Source: Bacteroidales bacterium
GTDB lineage: Bacteria > Bacteroidota > Bacteroidia > Bacteroidales > Marinilabiliaceae
Direction: 5' to 3'
Assembly (NCBI GenBank): GCA_012838865.1
Contig: DUOK01000233.1
Coordinates: 3,512 to 67,511, forward strand
DNA length: 64,000 nucleotides
Positions 1-8,996 of the stretch are shown one piece after another (within the stretch, counting starts at the first letter, position 1; each line of letters starts with the position of its first letter). The position numbers and the translations under genes are program-made. The notes under the pieces are model-generated. The model was given only the letters and a program-made list of their open reading frames with translations, was not told the DNA's origin and did not search any database.

Positions 1-1
1 C

Positions 2-682
2 CGGGCGCACCAATTGGCTATGAGCATAATTATGTATAGCCCGCTACAACACATATTCTGGTACGCCAAGCCAGGCATCTACCATCATCCTGTTGAAGTC
101 GAACTCTTCACTTACCTTCCTGTGGTATGGGATGATTTTGTGATTGTTAAAGGAGAAATGGGACAATACATAGGCATGGCACGCAAAAAGGGAAATCGCT
201 GGTTTTTAGCCCTATTGAACAACAGCAAAGCACGCAACATCGAAGTCGACCTGGATTTCCTGAATGCCCAGAAGAATTACCAGATGGCGATTTACCAGGA
301 CGACAACAAGGGCTCCGTCCAAAAATCCATCAGCCAGATTCCCGACAACAAAAAATTGTCTGTGTCACTCAAAAGCAACGGAGGATCGGTTGTGGTCCTC
401 TATGAAGATACCGATACCTTAATGGTTGATATTCCGGAAGCCACTTTCACCCGCCTGGCCCCAAATCCCGCTGAAGACATCTGCTATCTGACAGTGGCTA
501 CACCGGGGCGAAACGACATACGGATATGGGACCTAAACGGAAGAAAGATGCTGGAAGTCTCTCCTCTTCTTACAAAAGAGCCCTACCCCCTTGAAATAGG
601 ACAACTGGCACCGGGTACTTATCTTGTAATCGTAACGGATCCCCACCAGAAGAAAACCGTACTGCCTTTAGTTGTTAAATAA
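2..682 (+). CDS. C-terminal part of a glycoside hydrolase family 97 protein with T9SS type A sorting domain (5'-truncated by window edge)
   Basis: Frame is open from base 2: RAHQLAMSIIMYSPLQ and GEMGQYIGMARKKGNRWFL match GH97 catalytic end and C-terminal domain. Tail APNPA...IWDLNGR...LAPGTYLVIV...LVVK is a typical T9SS CTD. Confidence 0.8.
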   Translation, partial: RAHQLAMSIIMYSPLQHIFWYAKPGIYHHPVEVELFTYLPVVWDDFVIVKGEMGQYIGMARKKGNRWFLALLNNSKARNIEVDLDFLNAQKNYQMAIYQDDNKGSVQKSISQIPDNKKLSVSLKSNGGSVVVLYEDTDTLMVDIPEATFTRLAPNPAEDICYLTVATPGRNDIRIWDLNGRKMLEVSPLLTKEPYPLEIGQLAPGTYLVIVTDPHQKKTVLPLVVK

Positions 683-1865
683 CAAGCGCGACCGATTTTC
701 GGGCCTGAATCTTCCGGATACTTTCCACCACATAAGCCAATTCGTCGGAGCTCAAGCCAGGATAAATGGGCAGACTTACCGTCCCCTGCCAGATTCGCTC
801 GGCATTGGGATAGTCACCGGGCCGCAAAGCGTAGGTGTCGCGGTAGTATTTTAGGCGATGAATGGGTTTATAATGCACCGAAGTCCCAATACCTGCCCGG
901 GCCAATTCTTCAATAAAAACATTGCGTGAAACGCTGGAACCCTCATTCAATATAACAGGGAAAAGATGCCAGGCATGCTCCTCAGCTGCCACATGCAATT
1001 TGGGCAAGTCCACCCAGGAACAGCTCTTCAGTGCAGACAAATAATACTCGGCCACCTCTTGTCGGGCGGCCCGCAATTCGTCCGCTCTTTCGAGCTGAGC
1101 CAAGCCAATGGCCGCATTGATATCGGGCATGTTGTATTTATAACCCGGAGCCACCACATCGTATTCCCAGGAAGGCTTGTCCGAAGTAAAACGATCCCAC
1201 ACATCCCGATTTATGCCGTGCAGCCGCATCAATTTCACCCTTTGGTAAATCTCCTCATCATTGGTGGTAAGCATCCCCCCTTCGCCCGTGGTAATGGTTT
1301 TATTGGCATAGAAACTGAAGCAGGTCACATCCCCAATACTACCAACCATTTGCCCATTCAATGAGGCCGGAAAGGCATGGGCAGCATCCTCCAGCACCCG
1401 GATTCCATTTTGGCGACACAGCGCCAAAACACCTTCATGACCGGCGTTCAGCATTTCGGCGGCCTGACCGCCAAAATGCACCACAATCAACACCTTCACC
1501 TCCGGATGCCGCGCAATGGCCGCCTTCAGGATGGCCGGAGTAAGAAGAGAACTGCCGTACTCCACATCCAGGCAAATGGGATCGGCTCCCATATAGCGAA
1601 TCACCTCTGCGCTGGCTGTAAAAGTCATGGCAGGAACAAAAACTTTATCACCAGGTGCTACTCCCAGCGCATCGAGGCCCAGGTGAAGCGCTGCCGTACA
1701 ACTATTGACCGCACAAGCAAATTGCGCACCCGTTTTTTCTGCAAAGAGCTCCTCAAAGCGCTGTGCTTTTCCGGCGGTAGTCAACCAGCCACTTTCCAAA
1801 ACCTCCTTAACATACAGCAACTCATTTCCATCGCAGGAAACTTTAGCATAGGGAATTTTCAACAT
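675..1865 (-). CDS. DegT/DnrJ/EryC1/StrS family PLP sugar aminotransferase (PglE/WcfR-like)
   Basis: AVNSCTAALHL, EDAAHA, SFYANKTITTGEGGM (PLP lysine), GYKYNMPDINAAIG. Confidence 0.92.
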   Translation of the reverse strand: MLKIPYAKVSCDGNELLYVKEVLESGWLTTAGKAQRFEELFAEKTGAQFACAVNSCTAALHLGLDALGVAPGDKVFVPAMTFTASAEVIRYMGADPICLDVEYGSSLLTPAILKAAIARHPEVKVLIVVHFGGQAAEMLNAGHEGVLALCRQNGIRVLEDAAHAFPASLNGQMVGSIGDVTCFSFYANKTITTGEGGMLTTNDEEIYQRVKLMRLHGINRDVWDRFTSDKPSWEYDVVAPGYKYNMPDINAAIGLAQLERADELRAARQEVAEYYLSALKSCSWVDLPKLHVAAEEHAWHLFPVILNEGSSVSRNVFIEELARAGIGTSVHYKPIHRLKYYRDTYALRPGDYPNAERIWQGTVSLPIYPGLSSDELAYVVESIRKIQARKSVALVI

Positions 1866-1876
1866 TGCTCAGGGTT

Positions 1877-2887
1877 TTAAATATCCTCAAAACGTCCATG
1901 TTTTAACAAACGTGCAATGGCCCTGTCTGGGGCCACATACTCCAGGTAATAGGCCCGGATGTTCTCCTCCAGCCGGCGACGCAGGGCTTCATCACCGATC
2001 AACTTTTCCAAGGCTGCATAAATTTGCTCCTCGCTCCCATCTACAAAAAGCACCTCCTCTCCATGGTTTAAAGGGCGGGGCAACTGATTGATTACAGGGG
2101 TGGCCACCACAGCCTTTCCCAGGGCCATGAACTCTCCCAGCTTCCAGCCATGGCAATCCAATATCACAGGGGTATTAAAGACCGTTGCCGACTCCTTCAG
2201 CTTTAATAAATAATCGGCCATAGGAACATTGGCAGCCATGGTTAAATCCTCATAGCCCGGGATGTCATTCTGTGAGCGGGGGGCAAAACCACCCTCGAAA
2301 CGCACGCCACTTAAACGGCGACAAGCCCTGATGTAATTGGCGCGGGTCCGGTTGGTCTCTTGTTCCTTTTTCCAAAGGGCTCCGGCAAAAAAGATGTAAT
2401 CCGACAGTGAGGGCTGAGCTTGATAATAACTCAGGGGCTGTCGCCTCAGCTGGGCATAATAATCGGCAAAAAAGCGCCGCTTGTTGCCGATGCGTGGGGC
2501 CGCCTTCATATAATTGATTAGTGCCAGTCGCCAGGTTTTTACCGGGGCATGCAAACGAATCGCAAAACCTGGTCCCAGGGCCATAAGCTTAGGATGGGTG
2601 CTCAGCGCACAACGCTCCGCATTGATGTTTATCTTACCGTACACATCGCACCATTCCAAGGCTTTGGCGTCGATCTCGTAACTGTCGCCAAAATCAATGA
2701 GACCTTTAAACACCGACTTACCCCGACGCAAAACAAAGGCAAAATGACAGTTGTTGTGCTTAAACGACTTGAAATAGCGGGAAGAATAACTCAAGCTGGG
2801 GAAAAGCTGCTTCAGCCCATGAATGTAAAACGAAGCATACAAAAAATCACAGGCAGGATCGACATAAACGTGTACAGAAGATTTCAT
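1877..2887 (-). CDS. glycosyltransferase-like protein (GT-B C-terminal domain)
   Basis: C-terminal GWKLGEFMALGKAVVATP...HGEEVLFVD resembles a GT4 donor-binding region. Start chosen at the ATGA overlap (2887). Confidence 0.6.
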   Translation of the reverse strand: MKSSVHVYVDPACDFLYASFYIHGLKQLFPSLSYSSRYFKSFKHNNCHFAFVLRRGKSVFKGLIDFGDSYEIDAKALEWCDVYGKININAERCALSTHPKLMALGPGFAIRLHAPVKTWRLALINYMKAAPRIGNKRRFFADYYAQLRRQPLSYYQAQPSLSDYIFFAGALWKKEQETNRTRANYIRACRRLSGVRFEGGFAPRSQNDIPGYEDLTMAANVPMADYLLKLKESATVFNTPVILDCHGWKLGEFMALGKAVVATPVINQLPRPLNHGEEVLFVDGSEEQIYAALEKLIGDEALRRRLEENIRAYYLEYVAPDRAIARLLKHGRFEDI

Positions 2888-3465
2888 AGGTAACAAATGG
2901 TTTTAATGAGCAATTGGATATCTCCACCAAAGGATCGGGTTCGAAGATAATGCTCGTACAACTCAAGTTTACGGGGCAAAATCTGCTCCCTATAACAGCG
3001 CTCCGGCTCTGGAGCTGCCGCCAGCAACTCTTCTTCATGACGGAACTCCAGCGCAGCATTATCGGTAATGCCCGGGCGTAATTCCAACACCTTTTGCCAA
3101 CGCTCCGGGTAGACCTGAACCCAAGCGGGGACCTCCGGCCGGGGGCCCACCAAAGCCATATCGCCACGCACAACATTCCAAAGCTGGGGCAGCTCATCTA
3201 ATTTGGTTCTACGCAAAAAGCGACCTACCCGCGTTACCCTGCGGGCATCTCCGGCATCGAAACGCCCCTTTGCAGCCTCCTTTAAAACGGCCATGCTCCT
3301 AAACTTACAGATCCCAAACAGGCGGCCACGACGTCCCACCCGTTGCTGTATAAAAAAAGGAGGCCAACCAGAATCAAGGACGACTGCCAATGCAATCAGC
3401 AACAAAAGAGGCAGCAACAGAATCAAAGCGCCAAGCGCCGCAAAAAAATCAAACAACCGCTTCAT
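2884..3465 (-). CDS. monotopic phosphoglycosyl (initiating sugar) transferase, PglC/WcfS-like
   Basis: KRLFD + single hydrophobic segment, KFRSM, RTKLDELPQLWNV, GDMALVGPRPE, RPGITD. Confidence 0.92.
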   Translation of the reverse strand: MKRLFDFFAALGALILLLPLLLLIALAVVLDSGWPPFFIQQRVGRRGRLFGICKFRSMAVLKEAAKGRFDAGDARRVTRVGRFLRRTKLDELPQLWNVVRGDMALVGPRPEVPAWVQVYPERWQKVLELRPGITDNAALEFRHEEELLAAAPEPERCYREQILPRKLELYEHYLRTRSFGGDIQLLIKTICYL

Positions 3466-3637
3466 TGGGCAATGTTTTATTGAGAATAAAGATATTAACT
3501 ACCTAACAAATTCCACCCTGCAGCAAAGGCTGTCGGTGGATGTCTGGAGGACATTGATAAAAATTCACTGGAATTGGAAGTCGATCGGCCCTATATTTCG
3601 CACAAAAGCAAATGTCTCAACCAAAAAAGCGCCTTGC

Positions 3638-4963
3638 ATGACCAGCAACAAGTCCCCGGGTTTACCACCCCTCTTCCTTTTAGCCATGACCGACCAGGGC
3701 TATGCTGCCGCCAAACACCTGAGTGCCTATGGAATTCCCATCGTTGGGTTCTTCCCCAACAATAAGGGTTTTGAATATTTCAGTCGTCTCCCTTGCCAAA
3801 AACACGTATTGCCTGCGTCCAATAACGACCGAATGGCACTGCTGCGCAAAACAGCGGGGGACTTTGACCAAAAGCCGGTTTTAATGCTCACCGCAGAAAG
3901 CTACTTCCCATTCATTTACGAACACTTCGACGAAATAGACCAACTGTTTGCCCTGGAGATGCCCGATGCCGACACCCTGCATCAAATGCTCGACAAGAAC
4001 CGTTTCTCGGCCTTTGCCGAGACCTACCATCTTAAAATTCCCAAAAGCACTGAAGTAGGTCTGCACTTATTGCCGGAAGAACAGCTGTCTGAGGACCTCA
4101 ACTATCCACTGGTGATCAAACCCAAATACCGCACCGATCGCTGGAATGGTCGTTACCATACCAAAAAAGCTTTCCTGGCCCATAATCGACAGGAAGCCCT
4201 AAGTGTGTGTACAGAACTGCTGCAGGTCATCGACTGGCTGGTGGTACAGGAATTTGTACCCGGTCCCGACACCAATGTTTACTTTTGCCTGACCTATCTG
4301 ACCGCCTCGGGCGAAGCACTGGACACCTTTTGCGGACAAAAAATTCACCAACACCCCATTTTATTTGGCAATACCAGCTCGGCCCTTGCTGTAGACCTTC
4401 CTGCACTGAAAGCAGAAAGTCTGCGTATTTTAAAGACGGCCAAAATGAGTGGTTTTTGTTCGGTAGAATTCAAGCAACATGCCGTAACGGGCGACTTCTA
4501 TGTGATAGAACCTACCGTGGGGCGGATGGACCGGCAGCAATATGTGGCCATGGTCAGCAAGCACGATATGGTATTGAAAGCGTATTGCCACCTGGCCAGG
4601 ATTTCCCAGCTCACTCCCCGTAAGCAAAAAGAAAACTTCCTGTATGTCGAAGAGTCCCTGCAAATGAAGTCCTACCTCGACTACCACCATTATAAAAGCA
4701 AAGAGCAGGGTCGAATCCGACACCTGCTCCGTACGCACAAAATTCGTTTCATGCACCTGACCCTAAGAGACCCCCTGCCTTCCCTCCTGGTTCTGGCCGG
4801 GGTGCTCAAACACTTACTTCACTACCTGCTGAAAGGAAAAACCCGCTACTTTGAAGAAGACGACCTCACCCGACAACTCCTCCAGCTTAACCACCACAAG
4901 GCCCAACAATCTGGCGCTGCGGCCGCGGAAAAGAAGGAGAAAGTTCTTACAGTAACTAAATAG
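3638..4963 (+). CDS. ATP-grasp ligase (D-aspartate-ligase/carboxylate-amine ligase-like)
   Basis: LDKNRF, YPLVIKPK, VVQEFVPG, SGFCSVEFK...FYVIEP are ATP-grasp motifs. The 145 aa upstream of ATG 3638 are the antisense of the neighbouring gene and were discarded. Confidence 0.8.
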   Translation: MTSNKSPGLPPLFLLAMTDQGYAAAKHLSAYGIPIVGFFPNNKGFEYFSRLPCQKHVLPASNNDRMALLRKTAGDFDQKPVLMLTAESYFPFIYEHFDEIDQLFALEMPDADTLHQMLDKNRFSAFAETYHLKIPKSTEVGLHLLPEEQLSEDLNYPLVIKPKYRTDRWNGRYHTKKAFLAHNRQEALSVCTELLQVIDWLVVQEFVPGPDTNVYFCLTYLTASGEALDTFCGQKIHQHPILFGNTSSALAVDLPALKAESLRILKTAKMSGFCSVEFKQHAVTGDFYVIEPTVGRMDRQQYVAMVSKHDMVLKAYCHLARISQLTPRKQKENFLYVEESLQMKSYLDYHHYKSKEQGRIRHLLRTHKIRFMHLTLRDPLPSLLVLAGVLKHLLHYLLKGKTRYFEEDDLTRQLLQLNHHKAQQSGAAAAEKKEKVLTVTK

Positions 4964-4970
4964 AAAGGAA

Positions 4971-6146
4971 CTATAAAGCCTCCAGAAAGCGATGCAAGGC
5001 CTGAACCTGTACCGGTCGGTTGAAGGCTGTTGCCGCCATATGGCGGCAACGACTGCGCATCGCAGCCAGGTCGGCTTCTGCCAAACGGGCAAAGTTTTCT
5101 TTCAGGGCCGCCAAATCGCCGGGACGATTTACCCATCCTAAGTCGTTCTCTGCAACAATGCGTGCCCCCTCTCCTTCACCGGAAAATAAAATGGGGAGCC
5201 CCGCTGCCATGGCCTCGTAAATTTTAGAGGGAACGGCACCATAAATATTTTTAGTCAGCGGAATCAGCGCAGCATGATGTTGCACCAGCACTCCGGGAAT
5301 CTCCTCCCGCTGCAACACCCCGCCATAATAAATACCCCGCTCAGGATGCTCCGCCAGATAGGCCTCCAGTTCCTCCTTTTCGGCTCCTGCACCATATATA
5401 TGAAATTCCAGTCCCAGCTCCCGAAAATCAAGGGCACGACAAAGGCCCAGTATGCCCTGGGCTACCCCCAGTAGACCCGCATACACCACCTTGCGCGACC
5501 CCTGGTCGGCCGCCGGCTCCAGGGAGCGGAAACGCGCATAATCAACCCCGTTACGAAACAGGAAGGTCTGACCAAACCCACGCTCCCTAATGTAGGTAAC
5601 AATTTCCTGCGACTGCCCCAAAATACCTGCCGAGCGACGGTAAACAAAACGCTCCAGTCGCTCCAGTGCCCGATACAGGGTACCGCGCGACAAGGCGCCC
5701 AACTCCAGCGCAGATAAAGGCCAAAGGTCCGACACGTTGGTCACCATTCGCGCACCGGAGGCTTTCGCCAGCAGCCAGGCGGTCAGTGCCAGGGTTAAGG
5801 GGGGACTCTCCACCACCAACAAGTCGGGCTGCTTTTGGCGACAAAAGCGCCAGGCAAAAAGGGCGGTGAAAGAAAAGGACAGCATACTTAAAATACGCGG
5901 CAGAGTGCGCCTCGAGTTCGATGCATAGAGCCAAAAGCGCAAAAGAGCAATCCCGTCGCGCTCCTCACGCAAGGCAAAGCGTCCACGAAAATCCTTGAAA
6001 ATACGGCCCTCCGGATAATTGGGCAGGGCAGTAACCACCGACACTTCAGCACCCAAGGCTTTGAGGCCCCGAAGCATCTCAAAAAGACGACTCTGCGGAG
6101 CACCCATCTCGGGCCGGTAATACTGGGTCAATAAAACAATACGCAT
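4971..6146 (-). CDS. GT4 family glycosyltransferase (WbuB-like)
   Basis: LTQYYRPEMGAPQSR, TALPNYPEG, ESPPL, VSDLWP, VPSKIYEAMAAGLPI. Confidence 0.9.
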   Translation of the reverse strand: MRIVLLTQYYRPEMGAPQSRLFEMLRGLKALGAEVSVVTALPNYPEGRIFKDFRGRFALREERDGIALLRFWLYASNSRRTLPRILSMLSFSFTALFAWRFCRQKQPDLLVVESPPLTLALTAWLLAKASGARMVTNVSDLWPLSALELGALSRGTLYRALERLERFVYRRSAGILGQSQEIVTYIRERGFGQTFLFRNGVDYARFRSLEPAADQGSRKVVYAGLLGVAQGILGLCRALDFRELGLEFHIYGAGAEKEELEAYLAEHPERGIYYGGVLQREEIPGVLVQHHAALIPLTKNIYGAVPSKIYEAMAAGLPILFSGEGEGARIVAENDLGWVNRPGDLAALKENFARLAEADLAAMRSRCRHMAATAFNRPVQVQALHRFLEAL

Positions 6147-6148
6147 AC

Positions 6149-7306
6149 TTAACGGTAATGCTTTCGAAGGATGTCCACAATATTTTGGGCAGCCTGACCC
6201 TCGCCATAAGGATTACGGGCACTCGACATGCTTTCGTAAACCTCCGGCTCGTTTATCAGCCGCTTGCACCAATGCACTATTTCGTCACGACGGGTACCCA
6301 CCAGCTTCACCGTACCTGCCTCCACCGCCTCGGGTCGCTCCGTGGTATCGCGCATCACCAGGACCGGCTTACCCAGTCCCGGTGCCTCTTCCTGAATGCC
6401 CCCACTGTCGGTCAACACAAAAGCGCAGTGCTGCATCAAATAAACAAAGGGCAGGTATTCGAGCGGAGGAATCAGGTAAACGTTCGGCAAATCCTTCAGC
6501 AGCGCATTAACCGGTTGCTGTACATTGGGATTCAAATGTACCGGATAAATCACCTGCCAACCGGGATGCGTCTCCGCGACCTCACGAATGGAAGCACAGA
6601 TTTCCTCAAAACCCTTTCCGAAATTTTCCCGCCGGTGTCCGGTAACCAACACGTAGCGTCCCGCCTCAACCAAGTTAGCCGTGTTGGGAATGTGTTGTTG
6701 CAAGACCGAAAGCACGCCCTGCAAAAGGGGCCCGCCCTTTTGCAATTCGGCTCCGGCAATTTTCAACGCGTCAATCACCGTATTTCCGGTTATATGTATG
6801 CTCTTTTCTGCTACCTGCTCACGACGCAGATTATCCGCAGCCCACTCGGTAGGCGCAAAATGCAAATCCGCCAAGCGGCCCGTCAGCTGCCTGTTCATTT
6901 CCTCCGGCCAGGGAGAATACCTTTGATAGGTCCGCAGTCCCGCCTCCACATGGCCCACCTCCACCTGTCGGTAAAAAGCCGCAAGGGCAGCCGCTGTGCT
7001 GGTCCCTGTATCGCCGTGCACCAAAACCAAATCGGGTTTAAAGGTGTCCAAAACTGAACGCATACCCAACAATACCGCCGAAGTAATATCGAAAAGGTCC
7101 TGTCCGGCCTTCATGATGTTCAAATCGTACTCGGGCACAATGCCAAATACTTCCATCACCTGATCGAGCATCTGACGATGCTGTCCGGTTACACAAACCC
7201 GTGCATCAAAATACGCCTGCTGATCGGGATGCTTCAAGGCACGCACCAGAGGAGCCATCTTAATGGCCTCGGGGCGCGTCCCAAATACAATCAATACTTT
7301 TATCAT
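6149..7306 (-). CDS. wecB: UDP-N-acetylglucosamine 2-epimerase (non-hydrolysing)
   Basis: VFGTRPEAIKMAP, GQHRQM, VHGDT, HVEAGLRT, SPWPEEMNR, GHRRENF, TDSGGIQEEAP, TERPE. Confidence 0.95.
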   Translation of the reverse strand: MIKVLIVFGTRPEAIKMAPLVRALKHPDQQAYFDARVCVTGQHRQMLDQVMEVFGIVPEYDLNIMKAGQDLFDITSAVLLGMRSVLDTFKPDLVLVHGDTGTSTAAALAAFYRQVEVGHVEAGLRTYQRYSPWPEEMNRQLTGRLADLHFAPTEWAADNLRREQVAEKSIHITGNTVIDALKIAGAELQKGGPLLQGVLSVLQQHIPNTANLVEAGRYVLVTGHRRENFGKGFEEICASIREVAETHPGWQVIYPVHLNPNVQQPVNALLKDLPNVYLIPPLEYLPFVYLMQHCAFVLTDSGGIQEEAPGLGKPVLVMRDTTERPEAVEAGTVKLVGTRRDEIVHWCKRLINEPEVYESMSSARNPYGEGQAAQNIVDILRKHYR

Positions 7307-7364
7307 AGTTTCATTTTTTATCCTTTCATCCGTCAAAGTCACCAAAAATAGCGCATTTTATGCG

Positions 7365-8996
7365 CTATACATAACGAATGGGCGGAAGTTCTCCCCCGTC
7401 GCCACCCAGCGCAACGACCTGCCCTCTTTCATCCAGAACAAAACGCAGGCCGGCCAACAATTCGGCCTGTTGCCAGAGTTCCTGAAGCGTGGGCATCCAA
7501 ATTTTTTCCTCTGCCACCGCTAAAGACAGGCGCTCAAGGGCAGCCTTGGCCCCAGGCATAACATGCCCCTTGTTGTCGGCAAAAAGGCGGCCCGATTTAC
7601 GCCGGTCGGTATCGGCCAAATAGGTGTGCGCCAAACAAACTCCGGCTTCACCCATCAATACATTCAGGTTGTCCTGCGAAAAAGTAGCCGCAAAATCATG
7701 CACCTCAACGGTCTGGAAAAGCCAAAACCGCTGCCCACCCAAACCGACTTCAAACAAAATGGGTGTCATTTTCTGCCATTCAGGCAATCGCAGTCTCCCA
7801 CTCCCGAAGAACACCACCCGCAGCAACTGTGCCAACAAGCGAAAGCTGCCTGCCAAAAGCCGCGGCCAAATGCGCCAGGATTGCCTCCAGGCTTTTTTGC
7901 GCAGCCAGGCAGCCAGTTGTTGATAACGCTTTTGGGCACGAACACCACAAAAAAACAGGTTGTAGCTGCGCAGCAATTCGAAAACCCCGGACTGGGAGAA
8001 CTGCTGCATTAAGGTTTTACGATAGGCGGACAAGGAAAAATGCTTCGGATTCAACTGATTGATTCGACCCGGCCCGGATTGCCCTGCATCGAGATAGTTC
8101 CACAACAAACGCACGCCGGCCCTCCGCATACCCCGTGCCCAATCGATCAGCTCTGGAGCAGCGGCCGGGATACGACTTAAATTATAGGGCTGAAACCCAT
8201 GGTCTATCCAGGTGGTCCAGGACCCGGATTCCGTCACAAAGCGATCAAAATCATCCTCCCACTCCGATCGACTTGCACGGGTCGATTGTGAGAGACTGTG
8301 GTAACACAGTTCATGACCATCCTTCGCCCAATCTCTCAACAAATCGGCCTGCCTTTCCATCGACACATTCCAGGGACGTTTACTGTGATGAAACAAAAAG
8401 ACCCCTTTGGTAATGTTTAAACCTAAGCAGCGCAGAAAACGACGTTGTCGCTCCAACAAAACCGGAGAATCGAAATCGCAATGATCGGAGATGTTGAGGA
8501 TGGCTGAAAAAGGAATTCGGGAACGACTGAATTCGGGAACTGCCGAGCGGGTGAATAAAAAAGTGCATACCCACTCGTTGCGGGCCGGGGAGCAAGTGCT
8601 GAGCAAGGGGTCGTCGTTGGCATCGTAATGCAGACGCGGTTGCTGCAGCGGATCGGCCAAAATCCAGGTCAACTCCTGCGCCTGACGAGGATCGTAGTGC
8701 CAGGTGCCGTGGGTTTCACCAGCCACCATGCGCCAGTCGCCTTCCAGTTCGAGTATTTTGGGCGACCAGCTCCCGGCCATGCGGACCTGCTCGGCATTTA
8801 CCCATTTGTAATCGAAATTTCGCCAACGCAGCACCCTGGCATCCAGCTTTATCTGCAAATGCAGTCGCAACCCGGCAGTGACCAATCCCTCAGGAAGCCG
8901 AATAACAAAGCGATGCCTATGGCCCTCCTGCTCCTGCCGGACCCTGACACGTGATGGCGCTACGCCGTCAATCTCCAAAGAATAACTATGTATCAA
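7365..8996 (-). CDS. hypothetical protein with a central polysaccharide-deacetylase (CE4/NodB)-like segment
   Basis: Coupled to the upstream gene by an ATGA overlap. SDHCDFD and GHELCYHS resemble NodB motifs 1 and 2. Confidence 0.5.
   Translation of the reverse strand: MIHSYSLEIDGVAPSRVRVRQEQEGHRHRFVIRLPEGLVTAGLRLHLQIKLDARVLRWRNFDYKWVNAEQVRMAGSWSPKILELEGDWRMVAGETHGTWHYDPRQAQELTWILADPLQQPRLHYDANDDPLLSTCSPARNEWVCTFLFTRSAVPEFSRSRIPFSAILNISDHCDFDSPVLLERQRRFLRCLGLNITKGVFLFHHSKRPWNVSMERQADLLRDWAKDGHELCYHSLSQSTRASRSEWEDDFDRFVTESGSWTTWIDHGFQPYNLSRIPAAAPELIDWARGMRRAGVRLLWNYLDAGQSGPGRINQLNPKHFSLSAYRKTLMQQFSQSGVFELLRSYNLFFCGVRAQKRYQQLAAWLRKKAWRQSWRIWPRLLAGSFRLLAQLLRVVFFGSGRLRLPEWQKMTPILFEVGLGGQRFWLFQTVEVHDFAATFSQDNLNVLMGEAGVCLAHTYLADTDRRKSGRLFADNKGHVMPGAKAALERLSLAVAEEKIWMPTLQELWQQAELLAGLRFVLDERGQVVALGGDGGELPPIRYV

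Noticed and set aside
3203-3637. 145-aa N-terminal extension of the ATP-grasp ORF in the track
   Set aside because: It overlaps the sugar transferase antisense and the intergenic region. Family similarity begins near ATG 3638.
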